The translations under genes were made by a program, and so were the position numbers. A stretch of DNA of 64,000 nt from an uncultured virus (IMG/VR IMGVR_UViG_3300013126_000020). Its lineage: Duplodnaviria; Heunggongvirae; Uroviricota; Caudoviricetes. How positions within the stretch are numbered: the first letter of the stretch is position 1; each line of letters begins with the position of its first letter. Below the pieces are notes generated by a model that was not told the origin of the DNA, did no database searches, and worked only from the letters and a program-made list of their open reading frames with translations. Below are positions 28,566 to 37,642 of this stretch, piece by piece. The stretch is taken from the IMG/VR virus record IMGVR_UViG_3300013126_000020; one strand, given 5' to 3'.

Positions 28566-29047
28566 TGAAAACTCATTGCCCCGCATGTCGTAAATCATCG
28601 CTAAATTTCCTGCACAAGGAAGCCGGCGCTCTGTACTGCAGTGCGTGCGGCAAGCAGATTCCCGTCTCAGACAGCATTAAGGCTGCCCTTGTTCGCAAGG
28701 GCGCCTTTTTGCCTGACGACTTTTTTGATGCGCCGCCAGAAGCACCAGTACCTCAACCAATTGTCGCTCAGCACGATCCCCGGGCTGCGGCGCTACGGCG
28801 AATCAACCAGCAACAATCGCAGCTTAACCCCGAGATGGACGGCGATACTTCAAGGAAAATAAATATTCCGAAGATCTCACGGGCAGAGGCTGCTGCTCGC
28901 AAGCAGGCAATCGTTGCAAGTCTGGCTAATACAGATGAGGCGCTCTCTCAAGCATCTCAACCACCGCGACCAGACCTGGCATCGGATTTTGCCGAGCACG
29001 GAATAGACCTAGGTCGCCTGGATGAGATACTCAAGAGTGAGCCGTGA
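28565..29047 (+). CDS. hypothetical protein with N-terminal zinc ribbon
   Basis: CPAC...CSAC; GGAG SD. Confidence 0.7.
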   Translation: MKTHCPACRKSSLNFLHKEAGALYCSACGKQIPVSDSIKAALVRKGAFLPDDFFDAPPEAPVPQPIVAQHDPRAAALRRINQQQSQLNPEMDGDTSRKINIPKISRAEAAARKQAIVASLANTDEALSQASQPPRPDLASDFAEHGIDLGRLDEILKSEP

Positions 29048-29778
29048 TCGAAACAGAAGCACTAGAAACAACCATAAAAGTTTGCAACCTCGGCATCTGG
29101 CAAGATCCCGAGGTTCTCTCTTATTGTCGCGAGCGGGGATTGTCGGACACAATAATCCGAGAGTGGCGACTGGGCGCCTTTCCCGAGGACCCCAACCAGC
29201 TGTATAGCCTGAGCACGCAAATAAATAACTCTCGCTACTCCAGCTACTCCATACTGCGTCTTATTGATGGATATTTCGAGTCTTCGTTCTTGAAGAATCG
29301 CCTGATAATTCCTGTCGAAGATACATACGGAGTCCCGATGGCGATCATGGGGCGGGCAGTACTTCCTGCGGAGATTTGCAAACAATACGATTTTCCAAAG
29401 TACTACAATACCCACTACCCTAAGACACGGGCCCTGTTTGGCATGAGCCGAGCTCTGCCCGCAGTTATGCGCACTCGGGAAATAGTTCTAGTAGAGGGAA
29501 ATCTTGATGTAATTACGGCGCACCAATACGGGCTGCGCAACGTCGTTGCTACGAGTTCGTCAAGCATAAGCACACACCAGATTTCTCTGGCTGCGCGTTA
29601 TGCCGACAGGATCTTTCTTGCTCTTGATGGCGATGAAGCTGGTCAAGCTGGCATCGAGAGGGCGATGGATAAGCATGCGGCTGCAGCCCGGCAGCTCGGA
29701 GTAGAGCTGATTCCAATGTACTTTCAGGATGGAAAAGATTTAGATGAAGCCCTACGGGCAGGAGGAATAAAATGGTAG
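29044..29778 (+). CDS. dnaG: DnaG-type primase catalytic core (TOPRIM) lacking the zinc-binding domain
   Basis: YCRERGL, RLIIP, GRA, PKYYNT, LVEGNLDV, LDGDEAG, KDLDE. Confidence 0.88.
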   Translation: MIETEALETTIKVCNLGIWQDPEVLSYCRERGLSDTIIREWRLGAFPEDPNQLYSLSTQINNSRYSSYSILRLIDGYFESSFLKNRLIIPVEDTYGVPMAIMGRAVLPAEICKQYDFPKYYNTHYPKTRALFGMSRALPAVMRTREIVLVEGNLDVITAHQYGLRNVVATSSSSISTHQISLAARYADRIFLALDGDEAGQAGIERAMDKHAAAARQLGVELIPMYFQDGKDLDEALRAGGIKW

Positions 29779-30041
29779 ATTCAAATTGCGTTGTTAAGTT
29801 TTATGCAAATTGGTGCGGGCCGTGCAAGCAGCTTGCCCCGGTAGTTGATGCAGTTACTGCGGAACTCGGCGTAAAGCTTGTATCGGTTAACGTGGACGAG
29901 AATCCTGAGCTTGCACAGCAATTCGGAGTCCGCAGCATTCCTGCTGTTTTTGCCATCAAAGATGGCACCCCTGTAGCTTCTTTCTTCGGTAACAAGTCGG
30001 AGGCCGACGTCCGGGTTCTTGTGGGCAAGGTGCTGTCATGA
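29772..30041 (+). CDS. trxA: thioredoxin
   Basis: WCGPC active site and VRSIP cis-Pro motif. Confidence 0.95.
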   Translation: MVDSNCVVKFYANWCGPCKQLAPVVDAVTAELGVKLVSVNVDENPELAQQFGVRSIPAVFAIKDGTPVASFFGNKSEADVRVLVGKVLS

Positions 30042-30601
30042 AAGTCGTGGTTTATGACGCTAGTTATTATGCTGGATGGGTAGGAAATACCTGGGTGGCT
30101 GGCGGCAGGCTTTATCGCGCGCTGCGCAAGGTAGATCTTGTAATTCCTGTTCTATTTTGGAGTCAGGTGTATTCCGAGCTGCAGAAGCTGCCAGATTTCA
30201 GCATTACCGATCTCCAATTCTGGTGCCACGGCTATCCGGGCGGAGTAGTGATCAATAAGGAAGCGGTCGCACACGACCGCATTGACCCGCGGCCTTGGAA
30301 GGGGATTGCTGCAAAAATTGCCCCTGCGGGGCGTGTGTGGTTCCGCTCATGCAGTACGTTCGCTCGTCGCCAAGGCCAGCTATTTGCACAAAATTTAGCA
30401 AATACCATGGATCGTCGAGTAGTAGGTCACACCTATCTCACGTGGGTGTTCCAGTCTGGCTTACACGAGCTGCGACCGGGGGAGGCAGTAAGCTGGTCTG
30501 AGATGGAGGGTGTTAGAGTTAGGAAAGATAATACTGTAGAGCTAAAGACATCTGGTCCCTTTGAGCCGAACACTGTCACATGCCTACATACTGACTTTTA
30601 A
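30038..30601 (+). CDS. hypothetical protein with possible His/Cys dyad (DUF4347-like)
   Basis: FWCHGYPG ... VWFRSCST pattern. Confidence 0.5.
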   Translation: MKVVVYDASYYAGWVGNTWVAGGRLYRALRKVDLVIPVLFWSQVYSELQKLPDFSITDLQFWCHGYPGGVVINKEAVAHDRIDPRPWKGIAAKIAPAGRVWFRSCSTFARRQGQLFAQNLANTMDRRVVGHTYLTWVFQSGLHELRPGEAVSWSEMEGVRVRKDNTVELKTSGPFEPNTVTCLHTDF

Positions 30602-30612
30602 TAGAGGAAACT

Positions 30613-31014
30613 TTGAGCAGCCCGAAGCAGCCTAAAAAACTAACCACAGAGGAATGGGTTCAACTACTGCTAGACAACCAAGAAGAATGGCGAACCCGGC
30701 TGGCTTTCGTGGATGAGGAGGCCCGCAGAGTCTTTTTCAGTTCTGCCGGGCCTCCGCTCGATTCAAATCTGCAATTCGTTAGCGTATTTTTCTACGCAAC
30801 CTACCTGTACAATTTCATACATGCACTAGTTTCTGACCCAGAAATCGGCGTTCCAGAGGAAGTTCTCAAGTACCACACTGAACTAGCTGTCGAGCTAGCG
30901 GAGTCTGCTTATGTTGATTCCGCAGCACACCTCAGGAAATCAACAAACCTTCTAGAGGACAGCGAGGGTCTGGATCCGGAGCTACGCATAACAATGAAGC
31001 GAGGAGATGCATGA
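30613..31014 (+). CDS. hypothetical protein
   Basis: AGAGGA SD before TTG. Confidence 0.65.
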   Translation: MSSPKQPKKLTTEEWVQLLLDNQEEWRTRLAFVDEEARRVFFSSAGPPLDSNLQFVSVFFYATYLYNFIHALVSDPEIGVPEEVLKYHTELAVELAESAYVDSAAHLRKSTNLLEDSEGLDPELRITMKRGDA

Positions 31015-31694
31015 GAGTACTGCTAGCACTGGCTATGATTTTCGCTGTGGGCTGCCAACCCAAAGATCCGCTGTCGGCAAAAGCACTGGCCGAACAAAAT
31101 ATCTGGAAAATGCGGACACCCGAAGCAGAATGTACGGCCTTCCAGATTGAGCCAGATCTACTGGTCACTGCAGCACACTGCGTTAACTCAGACATCTTCC
31201 TATTTAAAAATGGTGACGATGTTGTCCAGGGTAGCCTGATCGGCACCTCTCCCACAACAGATATAGCACTCTTCTACGCGCCAGGAGCTAATCGCCCTGG
31301 TTTTGTTGTTTCTCAGGCCCTGCCGGATAATGGCGAAAGCATGACTGCCGTTGGATTCCCGGCTCGTGTTTCAAATGGCTTTATCTTTGCGCGCGTAAAG
31401 ATCATTAGCGTCACTAGCGACGAGTCGGGCGGCAAGTACGCAATATCCCTCGGACCAGATGTTTGGCCAGGCATGAGTGGCGGACCACTACTAAATGACA
31501 AAGGCGAGGTCGTAGGAGTCGTCTCCAGTACCAGTCAGGTCATATTTGGTCCATCCAGCGACCCAACCAGCCTGCTGCGTGAGACTGGCAACTACGCAGT
31601 TGATCTGTATAACACACTCATGGAAATTATTGCCGCAGCAAATAAAAAGGCCGCAGAGCCTGTGCCGGATCTGCAGCCAACCGAATCTGAATAG
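31011..31694 (+). CDS. trypsin-like serine protease, predicted lipoprotein
   Basis: signal peptide with lipobox AVGC; TAAHC, DIAL and GMSGGP triad motifs. Confidence 0.88.
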   Translation: MRVLLALAMIFAVGCQPKDPLSAKALAEQNIWKMRTPEAECTAFQIEPDLLVTAAHCVNSDIFLFKNGDDVVQGSLIGTSPTTDIALFYAPGANRPGFVVSQALPDNGESMTAVGFPARVSNGFIFARVKIISVTSDESGGKYAISLGPDVWPGMSGGPLLNDKGEVVGVVSSTSQVIFGPSSDPTSLLRETGNYAVDLYNTLMEIIAAANKKAAEPVPDLQPTESE

Positions 31695-31722
31695 AAAGAG
31701 GCCGGGGTTACCCGGCCTTCTT
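31695..31722. terminator. hairpin between convergent genes (probable bidirectional terminator)
   Basis: AGGCCGGG-GTTA-CCCGGCCT. Confidence 0.7.
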
Positions 31723-33092
31723 CATGCTGCTCCAGCTGCTGCTACTGCGGCCTCTATCATGGCACGCCGCCTGTCCGGATCACCCCAGTCTGCTCTCACA
31801 GCCGGGTCTAGGGCGGCCAGTGGGTCGAAATAACAGAATTTCTCGCCAGGCTTTACACTCGGAGCAGCGTAGACGCTGATGCCGGTATTGCGATCATACA
31901 GCTCGAATGAGTGAGCGTCACGCTTACCGCCACCTCCAGGAGCATCTACGACGAACACTGGCGTATTGAAGCCAGCAGTACTGCCGCGCACTCCCTTCTC
32001 GATCTCTATAGCCGTTGAGACAGCTGTGCGCAGGTCTTCTGTGCCACGTACCAGGTCGTGCACATATACATAATAGGGATGAACGTTAATCCAGCTCAGT
32101 CGCTTGACAAGTAGCTGCATCGTCTCAACGCTGTCATTTACGCCGCGTTGTAGTACGCTCTGGTTGCGAACAGTAACCCCGCGCTCCATTAACAGGTTGC
32201 ATGCCCGTGCGCTAATTCCTGTTATTTCCGCAGGGTGATTAAAGTGCGTGTGGATCACCACTTCTTTGTGCAGCTGCCGGCCACGGGCTGCGATGTCGCA
32301 AATCGCATCGGTCCATGCAGGATCGGTCAGCACCTTCATTGGCTGGATTGCAAGCCCCTTCGTAGCATAGCGCCAGCGCCGGACATGTGGAATGGCCAGC
32401 AATCGCTCGCCAATCGCCCGCACCTGATCGGCGCGCAGCCGGTAGCTGTCACCGCCGCTCACAACAACATCCTCTACTTCGGGCCGTGACTCGATGTACT
32501 GGAAGATGCGTGACCAGCGCTCCTCGTCGGCCTTCAGACTGACCTTTTCTACCGTATCAGTGTCCAAGCCGACCGCGTAGCTGCGCGTGCAGAAGCGGCA
32601 ATACACTGGACACGTATCAAGTGCTAGGAACAGCACTTTGTCTGCGTAGCGATGTGTCAGTCCCGGCACCGGGCTGTCGTCCTGCTCATGTAGCGAATCA
32701 AGCGTCAACATGGGATGGTCGGCCTCGAGCTGGCTGCCTACGGGCAGGAATTGCCGGCGAATTGGATCGGCATACGGGCTTGACCAGTCGATCAAGCTCA
32801 TCAGGTACGGGCTGATGCGAACGGCCATTGGAGCGGCGGCAAATCCAGCTTGCACATCTGCGATAAAATCCTCGGACACCAAGTCGCGTACTGCCGCCAC
32901 CAGCCGATCTGCGGAGGTTATCGCATTTTTTTCCTGCCAGGTGTGGCTTAGGAAGGCCGCCTCATCAATCTCGCTCCACGCTGGAATCGTCCGCCAGAAC
33001 TCGTCCGTGCGCAGATTGCGGTGGTCCAGGGCTGATTCTGCAACTGCCGGCTTTAGGTGATTAATTCCGTCAAGGATTTGTAGTTTGCTCAT
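31722..33092 (-). CDS. kamA: KamA-family radical SAM/PLP 2,3-aminomutase
   Basis: GLTHRY, CPVYCRFCTR, SGGD, HFNHP, NQSVL and PLP-lysine motif DAPGGGGK. Confidence 0.93.
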   Translation of the reverse strand: MSKLQILDGINHLKPAVAESALDHRNLRTDEFWRTIPAWSEIDEAAFLSHTWQEKNAITSADRLVAAVRDLVSEDFIADVQAGFAAAPMAVRISPYLMSLIDWSSPYADPIRRQFLPVGSQLEADHPMLTLDSLHEQDDSPVPGLTHRYADKVLFLALDTCPVYCRFCTRSYAVGLDTDTVEKVSLKADEERWSRIFQYIESRPEVEDVVVSGGDSYRLRADQVRAIGERLLAIPHVRRWRYATKGLAIQPMKVLTDPAWTDAICDIAARGRQLHKEVVIHTHFNHPAEITGISARACNLLMERGVTVRNQSVLQRGVNDSVETMQLLVKRLSWINVHPYYVYVHDLVRGTEDLRTAVSTAIEIEKGVRGSTAGFNTPVFVVDAPGGGGKRDAHSFELYDRNTGISVYAAPSVKPGEKFCYFDPLAALDPAVRADWGDPDRRRAMIEAAVAAAGAA

Positions 33093-33157
33093 GCCTATTA
33101 TTACAGGATTACCTATGGTTATTGCTGTACTGTGGTAATGTCAAAAACGGGAGCTGT

Positions 33158-33481
33158 ATGACTTTTTCGCTTTTTAAGATTGCCGTTAATCCGTCGATGT
33201 CTAGCTACCTGGACGAGAGTGATACCCATCCTCGCTGGACGCCTCAATATGCGGCTCATGGGCACGGGCCACTCGCGGCCAAGAGAGGAGATCCTCTGCC
33301 GACTCCTGAGAATTTTGGGCATATTATTGTTGCTCCTACCAAAGATGGAAAAATTAACTTTGAATATTTTGTCCGGAACTGCCCATATAATATTCTTGAA
33401 CAGATGTTTGCCGATATTCCTGGGTTTTTAACGGATCCACATCACATAGATTTCATACAAAATATCTTAGATGGAAACTAA
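33158..33481 (+). CDS. hypothetical protein beginning MTFSLFKIA; probably the N-terminal part of the downstream in-frame ORF
   Basis: GGGAG SD; same frame as 33494..35203, separated by a single TAA. Confidence 0.6.
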   Translation: MTFSLFKIAVNPSMSSYLDESDTHPRWTPQYAAHGHGPLAAKRGDPLPTPENFGHIIVAPTKDGKINFEYFVRNCPYNILEQMFADIPGFLTDPHHIDFIQNILDGN

Positions 33482-33493
33482 GAACTTAAACCT

Positions 33494-35203
33494 GTGATAG
33501 AGGAAAGAATAGAGCGGGCATATTCGAAGCCATTTCTTTTTAGCGAGAAAAGCAGGCTGGCTATCGAGCATGGGTTGCATCCTTATTCTTATGATATCGG
33601 CGGCGAACATAAAATAAAAGACTTGCATGCCAAAGTAAAAAGCATCTCTAATCAAATTGGAAAGCAATTTGATCCAAGAAAAGGCAACATAGCCGCTGCA
33701 TTTTTTAAAGGGAATATGGGACATACTGAGCGCTATCTGCGGTACGTGCTAAGCACTTCGCAGTACAAAACAAGAGTCGAAGAAAGGCCTGCTGACATAG
33801 CGAAGCGCATAGGCGTAAGTTTATCAGACCTAGTGAAGCTAAATCCTCAGCTAGCTAATGCTGCGACTGTGCCACCAGCTAGCACCATAAAGATCCCACC
33901 TATGCTAGAGGTAAAGCATCTCGACGAGAGTGCACTGCCCGACGCCGAGGCACTCTTCAGGTCGATCAATGCGATTAGCTCGCTTTTTGGTCGGAGTGCC
34001 GGCGTCGGTGGAGGTGACGACATCGCACTCGAATGGCTCGCAAAGTGCAAAGGAAGTGCTAGCAGAGTGGATAAAGTCAAAAATCTAGCAGGGCTGGCCG
34101 ACATTTACCATCAAATGCACTTCACGCTACCGACAGCACCAAATGCACTCCATTCGCAGGCAGTGAATGGAAATAAAAATGCTATGAATTTTATGCGTAA
34201 TTACCTATTATTGCGTGACTTTTCTCCCGAAAAAATAACAGAAGCCCAAGACCATGCGCGAGAATATCTAAATCTAAACATCGATATTGCTCAAAATCTA
34301 GAAACTATAGAGAAGCTTGGAGTTATCGGCGACCAACAATCTAAATTTATCAGGGTCGTTCAAATAATTTTGAATGCAGCTTCGGTCATAAATGGAGTTA
34401 TGACTTATAAGAAGCATGCGGCACCAAAAGCACCAGAGCTGTTTAATTTAGATCATGAAATACTTGCAGGTCACTTGCGATTCCGCGTACTCAAGGACAA
34501 GGATCCCTATCACTTTACGGTTGGCGCAGACACAAATTGTTGTCAAGTTATAAAAGGAGCTGGAGAGGATTCAGCGGTACAATCATATGTAAATCCTCTG
34601 GCCGGAGTACTAGTACTGGAATGCAATAAGGGCGGGACTTGGGAGACCGTTGCGCAGTCATACTTTCATTATGTACCGGCACAACAGCAGTATATTCTAG
34701 ACAATGTAGAAGAAAATGCTGATATGACTAAGTACATGTCTAATACCTATGGCACAAATTTGCAGTCGATTTATGCTATATTTGCAAATGAAATAAAGAA
34801 AAAAATGCCTCATGTCAAAGACATGGTTGCGGGAATGAGCTATTCAAAAATAGGAGAGACGGAAGCCTGGGAAACCGGATCCATGCCCAAAGATCCAAGG
34901 TATTATCACAAGCTGGATTTGACTTCCCAGCAAGAAGAAGAAGAAGAAGAAGAAGAGGAGGAAGATGAGGAAGATGAGGAAGATGAGGAAGATGAGGAGG
35001 AGAGTGAATTTGAGGGCTACTCGGATTTTAGCCACATACAGCACTTAAACCTGCAATCGCCAAAGTTTGAGGTAAAGCCTCCGGTCGCCACCCCCGGCCT
35101 AGCGCCGGCGCCGAAGGCGCAAGAGGCTGAAAAGAAAGAGGCGCGATTCAGGAGGCTAACTCTGTTTAAGGCCGCATCAAATTCATTCCGCCTCTTCCGC
35201 TAA
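33494..35203 (+). CDS. LysM-containing protein with a TNCCQ...DNVE domain and poly-Glu tract
   Basis: ADIAKRIGVSLSDLVKLNPQL...TIKIP is LysM-like; E/D tract at ~34933-35003. Confidence 0.7.
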   Translation: MIEERIERAYSKPFLFSEKSRLAIEHGLHPYSYDIGGEHKIKDLHAKVKSISNQIGKQFDPRKGNIAAAFFKGNMGHTERYLRYVLSTSQYKTRVEERPADIAKRIGVSLSDLVKLNPQLANAATVPPASTIKIPPMLEVKHLDESALPDAEALFRSINAISSLFGRSAGVGGGDDIALEWLAKCKGSASRVDKVKNLAGLADIYHQMHFTLPTAPNALHSQAVNGNKNAMNFMRNYLLLRDFSPEKITEAQDHAREYLNLNIDIAQNLETIEKLGVIGDQQSKFIRVVQIILNAASVINGVMTYKKHAAPKAPELFNLDHEILAGHLRFRVLKDKDPYHFTVGADTNCCQVIKGAGEDSAVQSYVNPLAGVLVLECNKGGTWETVAQSYFHYVPAQQQYILDNVEENADMTKYMSNTYGTNLQSIYAIFANEIKKKMPHVKDMVAGMSYSKIGETEAWETGSMPKDPRYYHKLDLTSQQEEEEEEEEEEDEEDEEDEEDEEESEFEGYSDFSHIQHLNLQSPKFEVKPPVATPGLAPAPKAQEAEKKEARFRRLTLFKAASNSFRLFR

Positions 35204-35248
35204 CCCGCGCTACACCCGCGCATAGCAGTCAAGCTACAGGTAACTCGC

Positions 35249-35665
35249 ATGAACTTTCAGTTTTTTAAACGTGCCAGCCCGGCACTAGCCGCCGGAGCCG
35301 CGATAGTAGCCAGCAGCACCGGCAGAATACTGCTCCAACTGCGCGCTCCTCATCTAAGCGCCGGTGGTACATGGAGCCTTGTAGGCGGTGGCATCGAACC
35401 AGGCGAATCACCCGAACAAGCGCTGTTTCGCGAAATCACAGAAGAAACAGGCGCCGTACTAGCAGGCAATCCCCAGCACCTGTACACCAATAAGAAAAAA
35501 CACCTACATTACCTCAGCTATCTGCTGCGCATCCCAGAAGAGTTCGAACCAGTAAACAGCGAGGAGTCCGCCGAGCACCGGTGGGTAGATGCAACCGATC
35601 TGCCGCAACCACTGCACCCAGGGATGAAGCCGTTGGTGCCAATCCTGTTGCGAATACTAAAATAA
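35249..35665 (+). CDS. Nudix hydrolase
   Basis: Nudix box GGIEPGESPEQALFREITEETG; PLHPG tail. Confidence 0.92.
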   Translation: MNFQFFKRASPALAAGAAIVASSTGRILLQLRAPHLSAGGTWSLVGGGIEPGESPEQALFREITEETGAVLAGNPQHLYTNKKKHLHYLSYLLRIPEEFEPVNSEESAEHRWVDATDLPQPLHPGMKPLVPILLRILK

Positions 35666-35682
35666 ATGCAATCTAACCCGGC

Positions 35683-35715
35683 AGAGGCCCGCGATCCGCT
35701 TGCGGGCCTCTTGTT
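35683..35715 (+). terminator. terminator-like hairpin
   Basis: AGAGGCCCGC...GCGGGCCTCT followed by TGTT. Confidence 0.65.
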
Positions 35716-35805
35716 GCATACCCGGCAAAATACGGCAGACCGCCGGCCATAAAATGTAATCTAATCCAAGTTAGGTCAGAATTTTATTAGCAGTCGAGGT
35801 GATTT

Positions 35806-36240
35806 ATTTCTAAGTCAAGCAATTCACAGTATCTTTATCGCGAAGTTGTCGTTGATCCCGTTATCCTATCTACCGTCTATCTCAGGAATGCCGCCTATAA
35901 CATCAACGAAGTTGAGTTGATGGAGGAGTTGAAGGAACTTCAGGATAGGTTGATCGCTAAGATTAAAGAGGTCATTGATACATGTCTGACTGAGCGGCAG
36001 CGGGAGGTGATGATACGGACGTATTTAGAGCAAAGAACGCAGATGGAGGTCGCTGACATGTTGGGTGTTTGCCAGACCACCGTACATAAGATCATCAGCG
36101 GAAACATAGACTACAGCAATGGCGGTCGCCGCTACGGCGGCGCGCTAAAAAAAATCAAGAAAATTTGCGAAACAGATCAAGAAGTCGTTCAAATCCTCAC
36201 TCGCCTTGAAGAAATCAAGGGTGCGCTAAGCGACACATGA
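35806..36240 (+). CDS. sigma-70 region-4-like HTH protein, probable ATT start
   Basis: LTERQREV...TQMEVADMLGVCQTTVHK; frame open from ATT 35806 just after GAGGTG SD; in-frame TGA at 35800. Confidence 0.75.
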   Translation: MSKSSNSQYLYREVVVDPVILSTVYLRNAAYNINEVELMEELKELQDRLIAKIKEVIDTCLTERQREVMIRTYLEQRTQMEVADMLGVCQTTVHKIISGNIDYSNGGRRYGGALKKIKKICETDQEVVQILTRLEEIKGALSDT

Positions 36241-36483
36241 CCTAGATCAGGCAGCAATAAGCAGCAGACGCCCGCCCAAGATTCATTCCTGGGCGGGCGT
36301 CGATCTTACGCAGGTCTGCTAAAAAAACTCTCGGCTGTCACTTAGGATGTAACAAATGTTACCATGGCGGTCTGACCACCACCATGATACCCGGGAGACG
36401 AAAGCTACTGGAAGTCGCTTCATCGTCTCCTTACACCGAAACTACAGTCCACAAAACTGAGAATGGGAACAAGGAGAATCATT

Positions 36484-37536
36484 ATGGCAAAAAAACAAGA
36501 TTGGTACGACTTCGCTGGGCAGGTTGTAGGCTGCTACACCGTAATAGAAAAGGTCGCTGCGGACGATGATGGCAATATGCACTGGAGGTGCAAGTGCAAT
36601 GTATGCGGCAATACGTCTGATAACCTTAGATCATCGGACTTGTCTGGCTCATCAAAGAAAACAAAAAATTGCAGCATGGAATGCCGGGCACGTGAGGCAG
36701 CAAGTCAGTATATCGGCAAAAGATACCACATGTTGACGGTGACCGGCATAAATGAAGAAAAGAGTCGGCGCTGGAAAACTCTTTTCGTTGACACCATGTG
36801 TGACTGTGGGAATCTGCGAGAGGGGGTTAAGCTTACTGATCTGAACTGCAAGGACAAAGAATGGGCCTGTAGCCAGGCTTGCGCTAAAAAACATGCAAAT
36901 CAGAACTACATAGGATACCGCTCTGGCAAGCTCGAGGTAGTCGGAGTTCGTCATGGAAAGGTTAATGAGTCTGATGCCGGGCACGGTAGAGTGCTTTTTG
37001 ATGTAGTTTGTGAATGCGGAACAAAGACTACATATCATAAGCGCAACGTACTAGGGGATCGTGGCTGCGTTCGTGTCAATAGCTGCGGCTGCGAAAAGGC
37101 TCAGCGCATGCAGGATATTTGCAAGGATAAGTGGGACGGTCATACTCCGATTCCGCAGGCCCGTGCCACGAATGAATACTTTGCTTGGCGTAAGGCCGTG
37201 TATAAGCGATACTCCGGAACATGCGCTGCTTGCGGATCAAAGAATCGCAAAGGCATGGAGGCGCACCACCTATATGGTTTTTCATTTTACCAGCACTTGA
37301 AGTACGATGAAAATAATGGAATTCTGTTATGTGAGGGATGTCACAAAGATTTCCACCGCAAGCATGGCAATCACTTTAATGTTCCTCAGCAAATGCTTGC
37401 GTACATGGGTCGAACTGATTTGCCGGGCATCGATCTTGAGCGATTGCTGCAGGCTGGCGAGCCTACTCTTGATGGGCCTCTTGAGGAGGCGCCACAGGTA
37501 GACACTGACATTGGCGAGGGGGTTGTTTTAGATTGA
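36484..37536 (+). CDS. free-standing HNH endonuclease with three Cys-rich N-terminal repeats
   Basis: repeated G-x-[LY]-x-V...C-x-C-G modules; CAAC...AHH...NGILLCEGCHKDFH; AAGGAG SD. Confidence 0.85.
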   Translation: MAKKQDWYDFAGQVVGCYTVIEKVAADDDGNMHWRCKCNVCGNTSDNLRSSDLSGSSKKTKNCSMECRAREAASQYIGKRYHMLTVTGINEEKSRRWKTLFVDTMCDCGNLREGVKLTDLNCKDKEWACSQACAKKHANQNYIGYRSGKLEVVGVRHGKVNESDAGHGRVLFDVVCECGTKTTYHKRNVLGDRGCVRVNSCGCEKAQRMQDICKDKWDGHTPIPQARATNEYFAWRKAVYKRYSGTCAACGSKNRKGMEAHHLYGFSFYQHLKYDENNGILLCEGCHKDFHRKHGNHFNVPQQMLAYMGRTDLPGIDLERLLQAGEPTLDGPLEEAPQVDTDIGEGVVLD

Positions 37537-37539
37537 ACT

Positions 37540-37566
37540 GGGCCGGCGACAAGCCGGCCTTTTTTA
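37540..37566 (+). terminator. intrinsic terminator
   Basis: GGCCGGC-GACAA-GCCGGCC followed by a T tract. Confidence 0.8.
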
Positions 37567-37642
37567 TTACCAAATACGGAACCTTCCGCCAGAAGCGCGA
37601 ACTCCGGGCGGAAGGCGGTGTTTGATCGAGAGAGCTACTTAT

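Noticed and set aside
33479..33481. Genome-wide stop-codon reassignment
   Set aside because: TAA, TAG and TGA all end well-defined genes at expected positions; only this one in-frame stop was seen
36484..37536. IscB/Cas9-like RNA-guided nuclease
   Set aside because: No PLMP or split RuvC motifs; architecture is that of a free-standing phage HNH
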